DNA of 64,000 bases, taken from the NCBI GenBank assembly GCA_051362555.1, contig JBPQGU010000016.1, positions 4,898,001 through 4,962,000 on the forward strand, read 5' to 3'. Of this stretch, positions 1-11,700 are shown piece after piece. The notes under the pieces are model-generated. The model saw only the letters and a program-made list of their open reading frames with translations. It was not told the origin of the DNA and made no database searches. How positions within the stretch are numbered: position 1 is the first letter of the stretch; each line of letters opens with the position of its first letter. The translations under genes and the position numbers were made by a program. Origin of the DNA: Lingula anatina. Lineage: Eukaryota > Animalia > Brachiopoda.

Positions 1-3000
1 ACAGTGCCGGCACTGTGAGATTTCTTCAATTTTGGCCAGGTAGGGATGAAAAATTTTTTTCTTCGTTATAGTGTCAGGTAGGTGTGTTCGGTCATTTGTA
101 GTAAGAATAAAGTGCTGGAAGAGTGGTGGTGTCATCATTAAGGAAGAAATAGAGCAAAAACTGTGTCTCCCCCCCCCCCCTCTCAGATTCTGTTCTCAGA
201 GCTCATTTTTGGATCATCTTTAAAGCTAGAATTGGGGGCCTTGATGAAGTGACCCGGGCGCGTTTCCACATTTTTTATGAATGACAGGTGTGGTAGATTG
301 ATTTTCGTCACTTTTTGGAAAAATCGGAGACGGGTCGATTTTTGGTGATTTTGAGTGATTTTGAACAGTGCCGGCACTGTGAGATTTCTTCAATTTTGGC
401 CAGGTAGGGATGAAAAATTTTTTTCTTCGTTATAGTGTCAGGTAGGTGTGTTCGGTCATTTGTAGTAAGAATAAAGTGCTGGAAGAGTGGTGGTGTCATC
501 ATTAAGGAAGAAATAGAGCAAAAACTGTGTCTCCCCCCCCCCCCTCTCAGATTCTGTTCTCAGAGCTCATTTTTGGATCATCTTTAAAGCTAGAATTGGG
601 GGCCTTGATGAAGTGACCCGGGCACGTTTCCACATTTTTTATGAATGACAGGTGTGGTAGATTGATTTTCGTCACTTTTTGGAAAAATCGGAGACGGGTC
701 GATTTTTGGTGATTTTGAGTGATTTTGAACAGTGCCGGCACTGTGAGATTTCTTCAATTTTGGCCAGGTAGGGATGAAAAATTTTTTTCTTCGTTATAGT
801 GTCAGGTAGGTGTGTTCGGTCATTTGTAGTAAGAATAAAGTGCTGGAAGAGTGGTGGTGTCATCATTAAGGAAGAAATAGAGCAAAAACTGTGTCTCCCC
901 CCCCCCCCCTCTCAGATTCTGTTCTCAGAGCTCATTTTTGGATCATCTTTAAAGCTAGAATTGGGGGCCTTGATGAAGTGACCCGGGCGCGTTTCCACAT
1001 TTTTTATGAATGACAGGTGTGGTAGATTGATTTTCGTCACTTTTTGGAAAAATCGGAGACGGGTCGATTTTTGGTGATTTTGAGTGATTTTGAACAGTGC
1101 CGGCACTGTGAGATTTCTTTAATTTTGGCCAGGTAGGGATGAAAAAATTTTTTCTTCGTTATAGTGTCAGGTAGGTGTGTTCGGTCATTTGTAGTAAGAA
1201 TAAAGTGCTGGAAGAGTGGTGGTGTCATCATTAAGGAAGAAATAGAGCAAAAACTGTGTCTCCCCCCCCCCCTCTCAGATTCTGTTCTCAGAGCTCATTT
1301 TTGGATCATCTTTAAAGCTAGAATTGGGGGCCTTGATGAAGTGACCCGGGCGCGTTTCCACATTTTTTATGAATGACAGGTGTGGTAGATTGATTTTCGT
1401 CACTTTTTGGAAAAATCGGAGACGGGTCGATTTTTGGTGATTTTGAGTGATTTTGAACAGTGCCGGCACTGTGAGATTTCTTCAATTTTGGCCAGGTAGG
1501 GATGAAAAATTTTTTTCTTCGTTATAGTGGCAGGTAGTTGTGTTCGGTCATTTGTAGTAAGAATAAAGTGCTGGAAGAGTGGTGGTGTCATCATTAAGGA
1601 AGAAATAGAGCAAAAACTGTGTCTCCCCCCCCCCCCTCTCAGATTCTGTTCTCAGAGCTCATTTTTGGATCATCTTTAAAGCTAGAATTGGGGGCCTTGA
1701 TGAAGTGACCCGGGCGCGTTTCCACATTTTTTATGAATGACAGGTGTGGTAGATTGATTTTCGTCACTTTTTGGAAAAATCGGAGACGGGTCGATTTTTG
1801 GTGATTTTGAGTGATTTTGAACAGTGCCGGCACTGTGAGATTTCTTCAATTTTGGCCAGGTAGGGATGAAAAATTTTTTTCTTCGTTATAGTGTCAGGTA
1901 GGTGTGTTCGGTCATTTGTAGTAAGAATAAAGTGCTGGAAGAGTGGTGGTGTCATCATTAAGGAAGAAATAGAGCAAAAACTGTGTCTCCCCCCCCCCCT
2001 CTCAGATTCTGTTCTCAGAGCTCATTTTTGGATCATCTTTAAAGCTAGAATTGGGGGCCTTGATGAAGTGACCCGGGCGCGTTTCCACATTTTTTATGAA
2101 TGACAGGTGTGGTAGATTGATTTTCGTCACTTTTTGGAAAAATCGGAGACGGGTCGATTTTTGGTGATTTTGAGTGATTTTGAACAGTGCCGGCACTGTG
2201 AGATTTCTTCAATTTTGGCCAGGTAGGGATGAAAAATTTTTTTCTTCGTTATAGTGTCAGGTAGGTGTGTTCGGTCATTTGTAGTAAGAATAAAGTGCTG
2301 GAAGAGTGGTGGTGTCATCATTAAGGAAGAAATAGAGCAAAAACTGTGTCTCCCCCCCCCCCTCTCAGATTCTGTTCTCAGAGCTCATTTTTGGATCATC
2401 TTTAAAGCTAGAATTGGGGGCCTTGATGAAGTGACCCGGGCGCGTTTCCACATTTTTTATGAATGACAGGTGTGGTAGATTGATTTTCGTCACTTTTTGG
2501 AAAAATCGGAGACGGGTCGATTTTTGGTGATTTTGAGTGATTTTGAACAGTGCCGGCACTGTGAGATTTCTTCAATTTTGGCCAGGTAGGGATGAAAATT
2601 TTTTTTCTTCATTATAGTGTCAGGTAGGTGTGTTCGGTCATTTGTAGTAAGAATAAAGTGCTGGAAGAGTGGTGGTGTCAACATTAAGGAAGAAATAGAG
2701 CAAAAACTCTGTCTCCCCCCCCCCCCTCTCAGATTCTGTTCTCAGAGCTCATTTTTGGATCATCTTTAAAGCTAGAATTGGGGGCCTTGATGAAGTGACC
2801 CGGGCGCGTTTCCACATTTTTTATGAATGACAGGTGTGGTAGATTGATTTTCGTCACTTTTTGGAAAAATCGGAGACGGGTCGATTTTTGGTGATTTTGA
2901 GTGATTTTGAACAGTGCCGGCACTGTGAGATTTCTTCAATTTTGGCCAGGTAGGGATGAAAATTTTTTTTCTTCATTATAGTGTCAGGTAGGTGTGTTCG

Positions 3001-6000
3001 GTCATTTGTAGTAAGAATAAAGTGCTGGAAGAGTGGTGGTGTCAACATTAAGGAAGAAATAGAGCAAAAACTCTGTCTCCCCCCCCCCCCTCTCAGATTC
3101 TGTTCTCAGAGCTTATTTTTGATCATCTTTAAAGCTAGAATTGGGGGCCTTGATGAAGTGACCCGGGCGCGTTTCCACATTTTTTATGAATGACAGGTGT
3201 GGTAGATTGATTTTCGTCACTTTTTGGAAAAATCGGAGACGGGTCGATTTTTGGTGATTTTGAGTGATTTTGAACAGTGCCGGCACTGTGAGATTTCTTC
3301 AATTTTGGCCAGGTAGGGATGAAAATATTTTTTCTTCATTATAGTGTCAGGTAGGTGTGTTCGGTCATTTGTAGTAAGAATAAAGTGCTGGAAGAGTGGT
3401 GGTGTCAACATTAAGGAAGAAATAGAGCAAAAACTCTGTCTCCCCCCCCCCCTCTCAGATTCTGTTCTCAGAGCTTATTTTTGGATCATCTTTAAAGCTA
3501 GAATTGGGGGCCTTGATGAAGTGACCCGGGCGTGTTTCCACATTTTTTATGAATGACAGGTGTGGTAGATTGATTTTCGTCACTTTTTGGAAAAATCGGA
3601 GACGGGTCGATTTTTGGTGATTTTGAGTGATTTTGAACAGTGCCGGCACTGTGAGATTTCTTCAATTTTGGCCATGTAGGGATGAAAATTTTTTTTCTTC
3701 ATTATAGTGTCAGGTAGGTGTGTTCGGTCATTTGTAGTAAGAATAAAGTGCTGGAAGAGTGGTGGTGTCAACATTAAGGAAGAAATAGAGCAAAAACTCT
3801 GTCTCCCCCCCCCCCCCCCCTCTCAGATTCTGTTCTCAGAGCTTATTTTTGGATCATCTTTAAAGCTAGAATTGGGGGCCTTGATGAAGTGACCCGGGCG
3901 CGTTTCCACATTTTTTATGAATGACAGGTGTGGTAGATTGATTTTCGTCACTTTTTGGAAAAATCGGAGACGGGTCGATTTTTGGTGATTTTGAGTGATT
4001 TTGAACAGTGCCGGCACTGTGAGATTTCTTCAATTTTGGCCAGGTAGGGATGAAAAATTTTTTTCTTCGTTATAGTGTCAGGTAGGTGTGTTCGGTCATT
4101 TGTAGTAAGAATAAAGTGCTGGAAGAGTGGTGGTGTCATCATTAAGGAAGAAATAGAGCAAAAACTGTGTCTCCCCCCCCCCCCCCTCTCAGATTCTGTT
4201 CTCAGAGCTCATTTTTGGATCATCTTTAAAGCTAGAATTGGGGGCCTTGATGAAGTGACCCGGGCGCGTTTCCACATTTTTTATGAATGACAGGTGTGGT
4301 AGATTGATTTTCGTCACTTTTTGGAAAAATCGGAGACGGGTCGATTTTTGGTGATTTTGAGTGATTTTGAACAGTGCCGGCACTGTGAGATTTCTTCAAT
4401 TTTGGCCAGGTAGGGATGAAAATTTTTTTTCTTCATTATAGTGTCAGGTAGGTGTGTTCGGTCATTTTTAGTAAGAATAAAGTGCTGGAAGAGTGGTGGT
4501 GTCAACATAAAGGAAGAAATAGAGCAAAAACTCTGTCTCCCCCCCCCCCTCTCAGATTCTGTTCTCAGAGCTTATTTTTGGATCACCTTTAAAGCTAGAA
4601 TTGGGGGCCTTGATGAAGTGACCCGGGCGCGTTTCCACATTTTTTATGAATGACAGGTGTGGTAGATTGATTTTCGTCACTTTTTGGAAAAATCGGAGAC
4701 GGGTCGATTTTTGGTGATTTTGAGTGATTTTGAACAGTGCCGGCACTGTGAGATTTCTTCAATTTTGGCCAGGTAGGGATGAAAATTTTTTTTCTTCATT
4801 ATAGTGTCAGGTAGGTGTGTTCGGTCATTTGTAGTAAGAATAAAGTGCTGGAAGAGTGGTGGTGTCAACATTAAGGAAAAAATAGAGCAAAAACTCTGTC
4901 TCCCCCCCCCCTCTCAGATTCTGTTCTCAGAGCTTATTTTTGGATCATCTTGAAAGCTAGAATTGGGGGCCTTGATGAAGTGACCCGGGCGCGTTTCCAC
5001 ATTTTTTATGAATGACAGGTGTGGTAGATTGATTTTCGTCACTTTTTGGAAAAATCGGAGACGGGTCGATTTTTGGTGATTTTGAGTGATTTTGAACAGT
5101 GCCGGCACTGTGAGATTTCTTCAATTTTGGCCAGGTAGGGATGAAAATTTTTTTTCTTCATTATAGTGTCAGGTAGGTGTGTTCGGTCATTTTTAGTAAG
5201 AATAAAGTGCTGGAAGAGTGGTGGTGTCAACATAAAGGAAGAAATAGAGCAAAAACTCTGTCTCCCCCCCCCCCCTCTCAGATTCTGTTCTCAGAGCTTA
5301 TTTTTGGATCACCTTTAAAGCTAGAATTGGGGGCCTTGATGAAGTGACCCGGGCGCGTTTCCACATTTTTTATGAATGACAGGTGTGGTAGATTGATTTT
5401 CGTCACTTTTTGGAAAAATCGGAGACGGGTCGATTTTTGGTGATTTTGAGTGATTTTGAACAGTGCCGGCACTGTGAGATTTCTTCAATTTTGGCCAGGT
5501 AGGGATGAAAATTTTTTTTCTTCATTATAGTGTCAGGTAGGTGTGTTCGGTCATTTGTAGTAAGAATAAAGTGCTGGAAGAGTGGTGGTGTCAACATTAA
5601 GGAAAAAATAGAGCAAAAACTCTGTCTCCCCCCCCCCTCTCAGATTCTGTTCTCAGAGCTTATTTTTGGATCATCTTTAAAGCTAGAATTGGGGGCCTTG
5701 ATGAAGTGACCCGGGCGCGTTTCCACATTTTTTATGAATGACAGGTGTGGTAGATTGATTTTCGTCACTTTTTGGAAAAATCGGAGACGGGTCGATTTTT
5801 GGTGATTTTGAGTGATTTTGAACAGTGCCGGCACTGTGAGATTTCTTCAACTTTGGCCAGGTAGGGATGAAAATTTTTTTGCTTCATTATAGTGTCAGGT
5901 AGGTGTGTTCGGTCATTTGTAGTAAGAATAAAGTGCTGGAAGAGTGGTGGTGTCATCATTAAGGAAGAAATAGAGCAAAAACTGTGTCTCCCCCCCCCCC

Positions 6001-7776
6001 CTCTCAGATTCTGTTCTCAGAGCTCATTTTTGGATCATCTTTAAAGCTAGAATTGGGGGCCTTGATGAAGTGACCCGGGCGCGTTTCCACATTTTTTATG
6101 AATGACAGGTGTGGTAGATTGATTTTCGTCACTTTTTGGAAAAATCGGAGACGGGTCGATTTTTGGTGATTTTGAGTGATTTTGAACAGTGCCGGCATTG
6201 TGAGATTTCTTCAATTTTGGCCAGGTAGGGATGAAAATTTTTTTTCTTCATTATAGTGTCAGGTAGGTGTGTTCGGTCATTTGTAGTAAGAATAAAGTGC
6301 TGGAAGAGTGGTGGTGTCAACATTAAGGAAGAAATAGAGCCAAAACTCTGTCTCCCCCCCCCCTCTCAGATTCTGTTCTCAGAGCTTATTTTTGGATCAT
6401 CTTTAAAGCTAGAATTGGGGGCCTTGATGAAGTGACCTGGGCGCGTTTCCACATTTTTTATGAATGACAGGTGTGGTAGATTGATTTTCGTCACTTTTTG
6501 GAAAAATCGGAGACGGGTCGATTTTTGGTGATTTTGAGTGATTTTGAACAGTGCCGGCACTGTGAGATTTCTTCAATTTTGGCCAGGTAGGGAGGAAAAT
6601 TTTTTTTCTTCATTATAGTGTCAGGTAGGTGTGTTCGGTCATTTGTAGTAAGAATAAAGTGCTGGAAGAGTGGTGGTGTCAACATTAAGGAAGAAATAGA
6701 GCAAAAACTCTGTCTCCCCCCCCCCCTCTCAGATTCTGTTCTCAGAGCTTATTTTTGATCATCTTTAAAGCTAGAATTGGGGGCCTTGATGAAGTGACCC
6801 GGGCGCGTTTCCACATTTTTTATGAATGACAGGTGTGGTAGATTGATTTTCGTCACTTTTTGGAAAAATCGGAGACGGGTCGATTTTTGGTGATTTTGAG
6901 TGATTTTGAACAGTGCCGGCACTGTGAGATTTCTTCAATTTTGGCCAGGTAGGGATGAAAATTTTTTTTCTTCATTATAGTGTCAGGTAGGTGTGTTCGG
7001 TCATTTGTAGTAAGAATAAAGTGCTGGAAGAGTGGTGGTGTCAACATTAAGGAAGAAATAGAGCAAAAACTCTGTCTCCCCCCCCCCTCTCAGATTCTGT
7101 TCTCAGAGCTTATTTTTGGATCATCTTTAAAGCTAGAATTGGGGGCCTTGATGAAGTGACCCGGGCGCGTTTCCACATTTTTTATGAATGACAGGTGTGG
7201 TAGATTGATTTTCGTCACTTTTTGGAAAAATCGGAGACGGGTCGATTTTTGGTGATTTTGAGTGATTTTGAACAGTGCCGGCATTGTGAGATTTCTTCAA
7301 TTTTGGCCAGGTAGGGATGAAAATTTTTTTTCTTCATTATAGTGTCAGGTAGGTGTGTTCGGTCATTTGTAGTAAGAATAAAGTGCTGGAAGAGTGGTGG
7401 TGTCAACATTAAGGAAGAAATAGAGCAAAAACTCTGTCTCCCCCCCCCCCCTCTCAGATTCTGTTCTCAGAGATTATTTTTGGATCATCTTTAAAGCTAG
7501 AATTGGGGGCCTTGATGAAGTGACCTGGGCGCGTTTCCACATTTTTTATGAATGACAGGTGTGGTAGATTGATTTTCGTCACTTTTTGGAAAAATCGGAG
7601 ACGGGTCGATTTTTGGTGATTTTGAGTGATTTTGAACAGTGCCGGCACTGTGAGATTTCTTCAATTTTGGCCAGGTAGGGATGAAAATTTTTTTTCTTCA
7701 TTATAGTGTCAGGTAGGTGTGTTCGGTCATTTGTAGTAAGAATAAAGTGCTGGAAGAGTGGTGGTGTCAACATTAA

Positions 7777-8767
7777 AGACAGTCTCAGTGGGTTAGATTA
7801 ATGTATAGAAGCAGGTTCTATGTAAAGCTTTGATCAGATTTGTGTTTTGTGAGATTGTTTATTATTATATTAATAAGTCTGGGTCACAAAAGTCCTGTTA
7901 AGACAACTAGAATAAAGAATTAGAAAACGAAAACTATTTATCATGATTTCGGAGCACAGCCAGAAGTACTTCCGGCTCAAGGTCACGACCTCGATTTTCC
8001 CACGCTTACGACCAATCACAGCAGGCTTCAGTCAGCATGAGATAGACGTCACGACTACACAGCGAAACTTGTCAGACATGTAAGTGCCGCCTGTCCATCT
8101 TTTCGGTACATGTACCGATCAAAAATAGACAACGTAAAGCCCAAAACGCTCTTATACACGTAACCAACTTTGTATGAGCACAAATATTGTCATTTATTGT
8201 GAACAGGATAATATGATAATCAGACACACTTGAGACCTGTGAAGCGCATACTCACGTGTCGAGGAGTAGTTTCGCCATTGCCTCGTATGTGAGTCCTAAC
8301 TCAGCTTTAAGTGTCCTCCACCGCCCCACCTCCCTCCCAACATACACAGTCTGAGTGCTTCTTCGTCTGTCTCTAATTTTCTTTCGTATCTTTCGAACTG
8401 GAGTGGCTATTTTCTTTCGTCCCTTTTTGTCGCTCTCCTCTTCAGACTTGACGCGCGTCTGAGCCATGTTTGCTGTTTTGGCGCCAAATAGTAACATCCG
8501 GGTCTCAGCCGTAGTACTTCATTCATAGTAAACCGCGAGACTTAGCGAGAAATTGCGCGTTCTGAAGCCGTACTGTGAGGTGGTAGCTGAGTATTTAAGA
8601 CGAGTCGTCTTTTATTATTTAATGGAACTTAAAAACGGTATTAGGTAGGTTCATTTTCTCAACGGTTTTGGATAGGATATACCTTGGTCATTATGGGGAA
8701 ATTGGTGAGATTTCCAGGAAAATTCATTTTCGTGCTATTTTAAGGGTTTAACGCGCTGAGACTGTCT
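7777..8767 (-). mobile_element. Non-autonomous DNA transposon, 991 bp, TTAA TSD, probably Kolobok superfamily
   Basis: Satellite TTAA (caacaTTAAggaag) duplicated at 7773-7776 and 8768-8771; perfect 12-bp TIR AGACAGTCTCAG/CTGAGACTGTCT, extendable to 19 bp with 2 mismatches. Purine 5' terminus with TTAA TSD fits Kolobok, whereas piggyBac begins with pyrimidines. Confidence 0.9.
8256..8467 (-). pseudogene. Retained first coding exon of the parental transposon gene (MAQTRVKS...VYVGREVGRWRTLKAELGLTYEAMAKLLLD)
   Basis: ATG in AAACATGGC context; basic NLS-like stretch; motif resembles from memory the V.IG..F.RWR.LK....L...E.A.FLLD segment at the N-terminus of Kolobok-associated proteins; the ORF runs into a consensus splice donor AC|GTGAGT, so the predicted stop is intronic. 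Confidence 0.6.
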
Positions 8768-11700
8768 TTAAGGAAGAAATAGAGCAAAAACTCTGTCTCC
8801 CCCCCCCCCTCTCAGATTCTGTTCTCAGAGCTTATTTTTGGATCATCTTTAAAGCTAGAATTGGGGGCCTTGATGAAGTGACCCGGGCGCGTTTCCACAT
8901 TTTTTATGAATGACAGGTGTGGTAGATTGATTTTCGTCACTTTTTGGAAAAATCGGAGACGGGTCGATTTTTGGTGATTTTGAGTGATTTTGAACAGTGC
9001 CGGCATTGTGAGATTTCTTCAATTTTGGCCAGGTAGGGATGAAAATTTTTTTTCTTCATTATAGTGTCAGGTAGGTGTGTTCGGTCATTTGTAGTAAGAA
9101 TAAAGTGCTGGAAGAGTGGTGGTGTCAACATTAAGGAAGAAATAGAGCAAAAACTCTGTCTCCCCCCCCCCTCTCAGATTCTGTTCTCAGAGCTTATTTT
9201 TGGATCATCTTTAAAGCTAGAATTGGGGGCCTTGATGAAGTGACCTGGGCGCGTTTCCACATTTTTTATGAATGACAGGTGTGGTAGATTGATTTTCGTC
9301 ACTTTTTGGAAAAATCGGAGACGGGTCGATTTTTGGTGATTTTGAGTGATTTTGAACAGTGCCGGCACTGTGAGATTTCTTCAATTTTGGCCAGGTAGGG
9401 ATGAAAATTTTTTTTCTTCATTATAGTGTCAGGTAGGTGTGTTCGGTCATTTGTAGTAAGAATAAAGTGCTGGAAGAGTGGTGGTGTCAACATTAAGGAA
9501 GAAATAGAGCAAAAACTCTGTCTCCCCCCCCCCCCCTTTCAGATTCTGTTCTCAGAGCTTATTTTTGATCATCTTTAAAGCTAGAATTGGGGGCCTTGAT
9601 GAAGTGTCCTGGGCGCGTTTCCACATTTTTTATGAATGACAGGTGTGGTAGATTGATTTTCGTCATTTTTTGGAAAAATCGGAGACGGGTCGATTTTTGG
9701 TGATTTTGAGTGATTTTGAACAGTGCCGGCACTGTGAGATTTCTTCAATTTTGGCCAGGTAGGGATGAAAATTTTTTTTCTTCATTATAGTGTCAGGTAG
9801 GTGTGTTCGGTCATTTGTAGTAAGAATAAAGTGCTGGAAGAGTGGTGGTGTCAACATTAAGGAAGAAATAGAGCAAAAACTCTGTCTCCCCCCCCTCTCA
9901 GATTCTGTTCTGAGAGCTTATTTTTGGATCATCTTTAAAGCTAGAATTGGGGGCCTTGATGAAGTGACCCGGGCGCGTTTCCACATTTTTTATGAATGAC
10001 AGGTGTGGTAGATTGATTTTCGTCACTTTTTGGAAAAATCGGAGACGGGTCGATTTTTGGTGATTTTGAGTGATTTTGAACAGTGCCGGCACTGTGAGAT
10101 TTCTTCAATTTTGGCCAGGTAGGGATGAAAATTTTTTTTCTTCATTATAGTGTCAGGTAGGTGTGTTCGGTCATTTGTAGTAAGAATAAAGTGCTGGAAG
10201 AGTGGTGGTGTCAACATTAAGGAAGAAATAGAGCAAAAACTCTGTCTCCCCCCCCCCCCCCCCCTCTCAGATTCTGTTCTCAGAGCTTATTTTTGGATCA
10301 TCTTTAAAGCTAGAATTGGGGGCCTTGATGAAGTGACCCGGGCGCGTTTCCACATTTTTTATGAATGACAGGTGTGGTAGATTGATTTTCGTCACTTTTT
10401 GGAAAAATCGGAGACGGGTCGATTTTTGGTGATTTTGAGTGATTTTGAACAGTGCCGGCACTGTGAGATTTCTTCAATTTTGGCCAGGTAGGGATGAAAA
10501 TTTTTTTTCTTCATTATAGTGTCAGGTAGGTGTGTTCGGTCATTTGTAGTAAGAATAAAGTGCTGGAAGAGTGGTGGTGTCAACATTAAGGAAGAAATAG
10601 AGCAAAAACTCTGTCTCCCCCCCTCCCTCTCAGATTCTGTTCTCAGAGCTTATTTTTGGATCATCTTTAAAGCTAGAATTGGGGGCCTTGATGAAGTGAC
10701 CCGGGCGCGTTTCCACATTTTTTATGAATGACAGGTGTGGTAGATTGATTTTCGTCACTTTTTGGAAAAATCGGAGACGGGTCGATTTTTGGTGATTTTG
10801 AGTGATTTTGAACAGTGCCGGCACTGTGAGATTTCTTCAATTTTGGCCAGGTAGGGATGAAAAATTTTTTTCTTCATTATAGTGTCAGGTAGGTGTGTTC
10901 GGTCATTTGTAGTAAGAATAAAGTGCTGGAAGAGTGGTGGTGTCAACATTAAGGAAGAAATAGAGCAAAAACTCTGTCTCCCCCCCCCCCCTCTCAGATT
11001 CTGTTCTCAGAGCTTATTTTTGGATCATCTTTAAAGCTAAAATTGGGGGCCTTGATGAAGTGACCTGGGCGCGTTTCCACATTTTTTATGAATGACAGGT
11101 GTGGTAGATTGATTTTCGTCACTTTTTGGAAAAATCGGAGACGGGTCAATTTTTGGTGATTTTGAGTGATTTTGAACAGTGCCGGCACTGTGAGATTTCT
11201 TCAATTTTGGCCAGGTAGGGATGAAAATTTTTTTCTTCATTATAGTGTCAGGTAGGTGTGTTCGGTCATTTGTAGTAAGAATAAAGTGCTGGAAGAGTGG
11301 TGGTGTCAACATTAAGGAAGAAATAGAGCAAAAACTCTGTCTCCCCCCCCCCCCTCTCAGATTCTGTTCTCAGAGCTTATTTTTGATCATCTTTAAAGCT
11401 AGAATTGGGGGCCTTGATGAAGTGACCCGGGCGCGTTTCCACATTTTTTATGAATGACAGGTGTGGTAGATTGATTTTCGTCAGTTTTTGGAAAAATCGG
11501 AGACGGGTCGATTTTTGGTGATTTTGAGTGATTTTGAACAGTGCCGGCACTGTGAGATTTCTTCAATTTTGGCCAGGTAGGGATGAAAATTTTTTTTCTT
11601 CATTATAGTGTCAGGTAGGTGTGTTCGGTCATTTGTAGTAAGAATAAAGTGCTGGAAGAGTGGTGGTGTCAACATTAAGGAAGAAATAGAGCAAAAACTC

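Noticed and set aside
245-345. CENP-B box in the monomer
   Set aside because: TTCG and CGGG are present but not at the required TTCG-N4-A-N2-CGGG spacing on either strand.
7777-8767. piggyBac assignment for the TTAA element
   Set aside because: Termini begin AGAC rather than the pyrimidine CC(C/T) typical of piggyBac.
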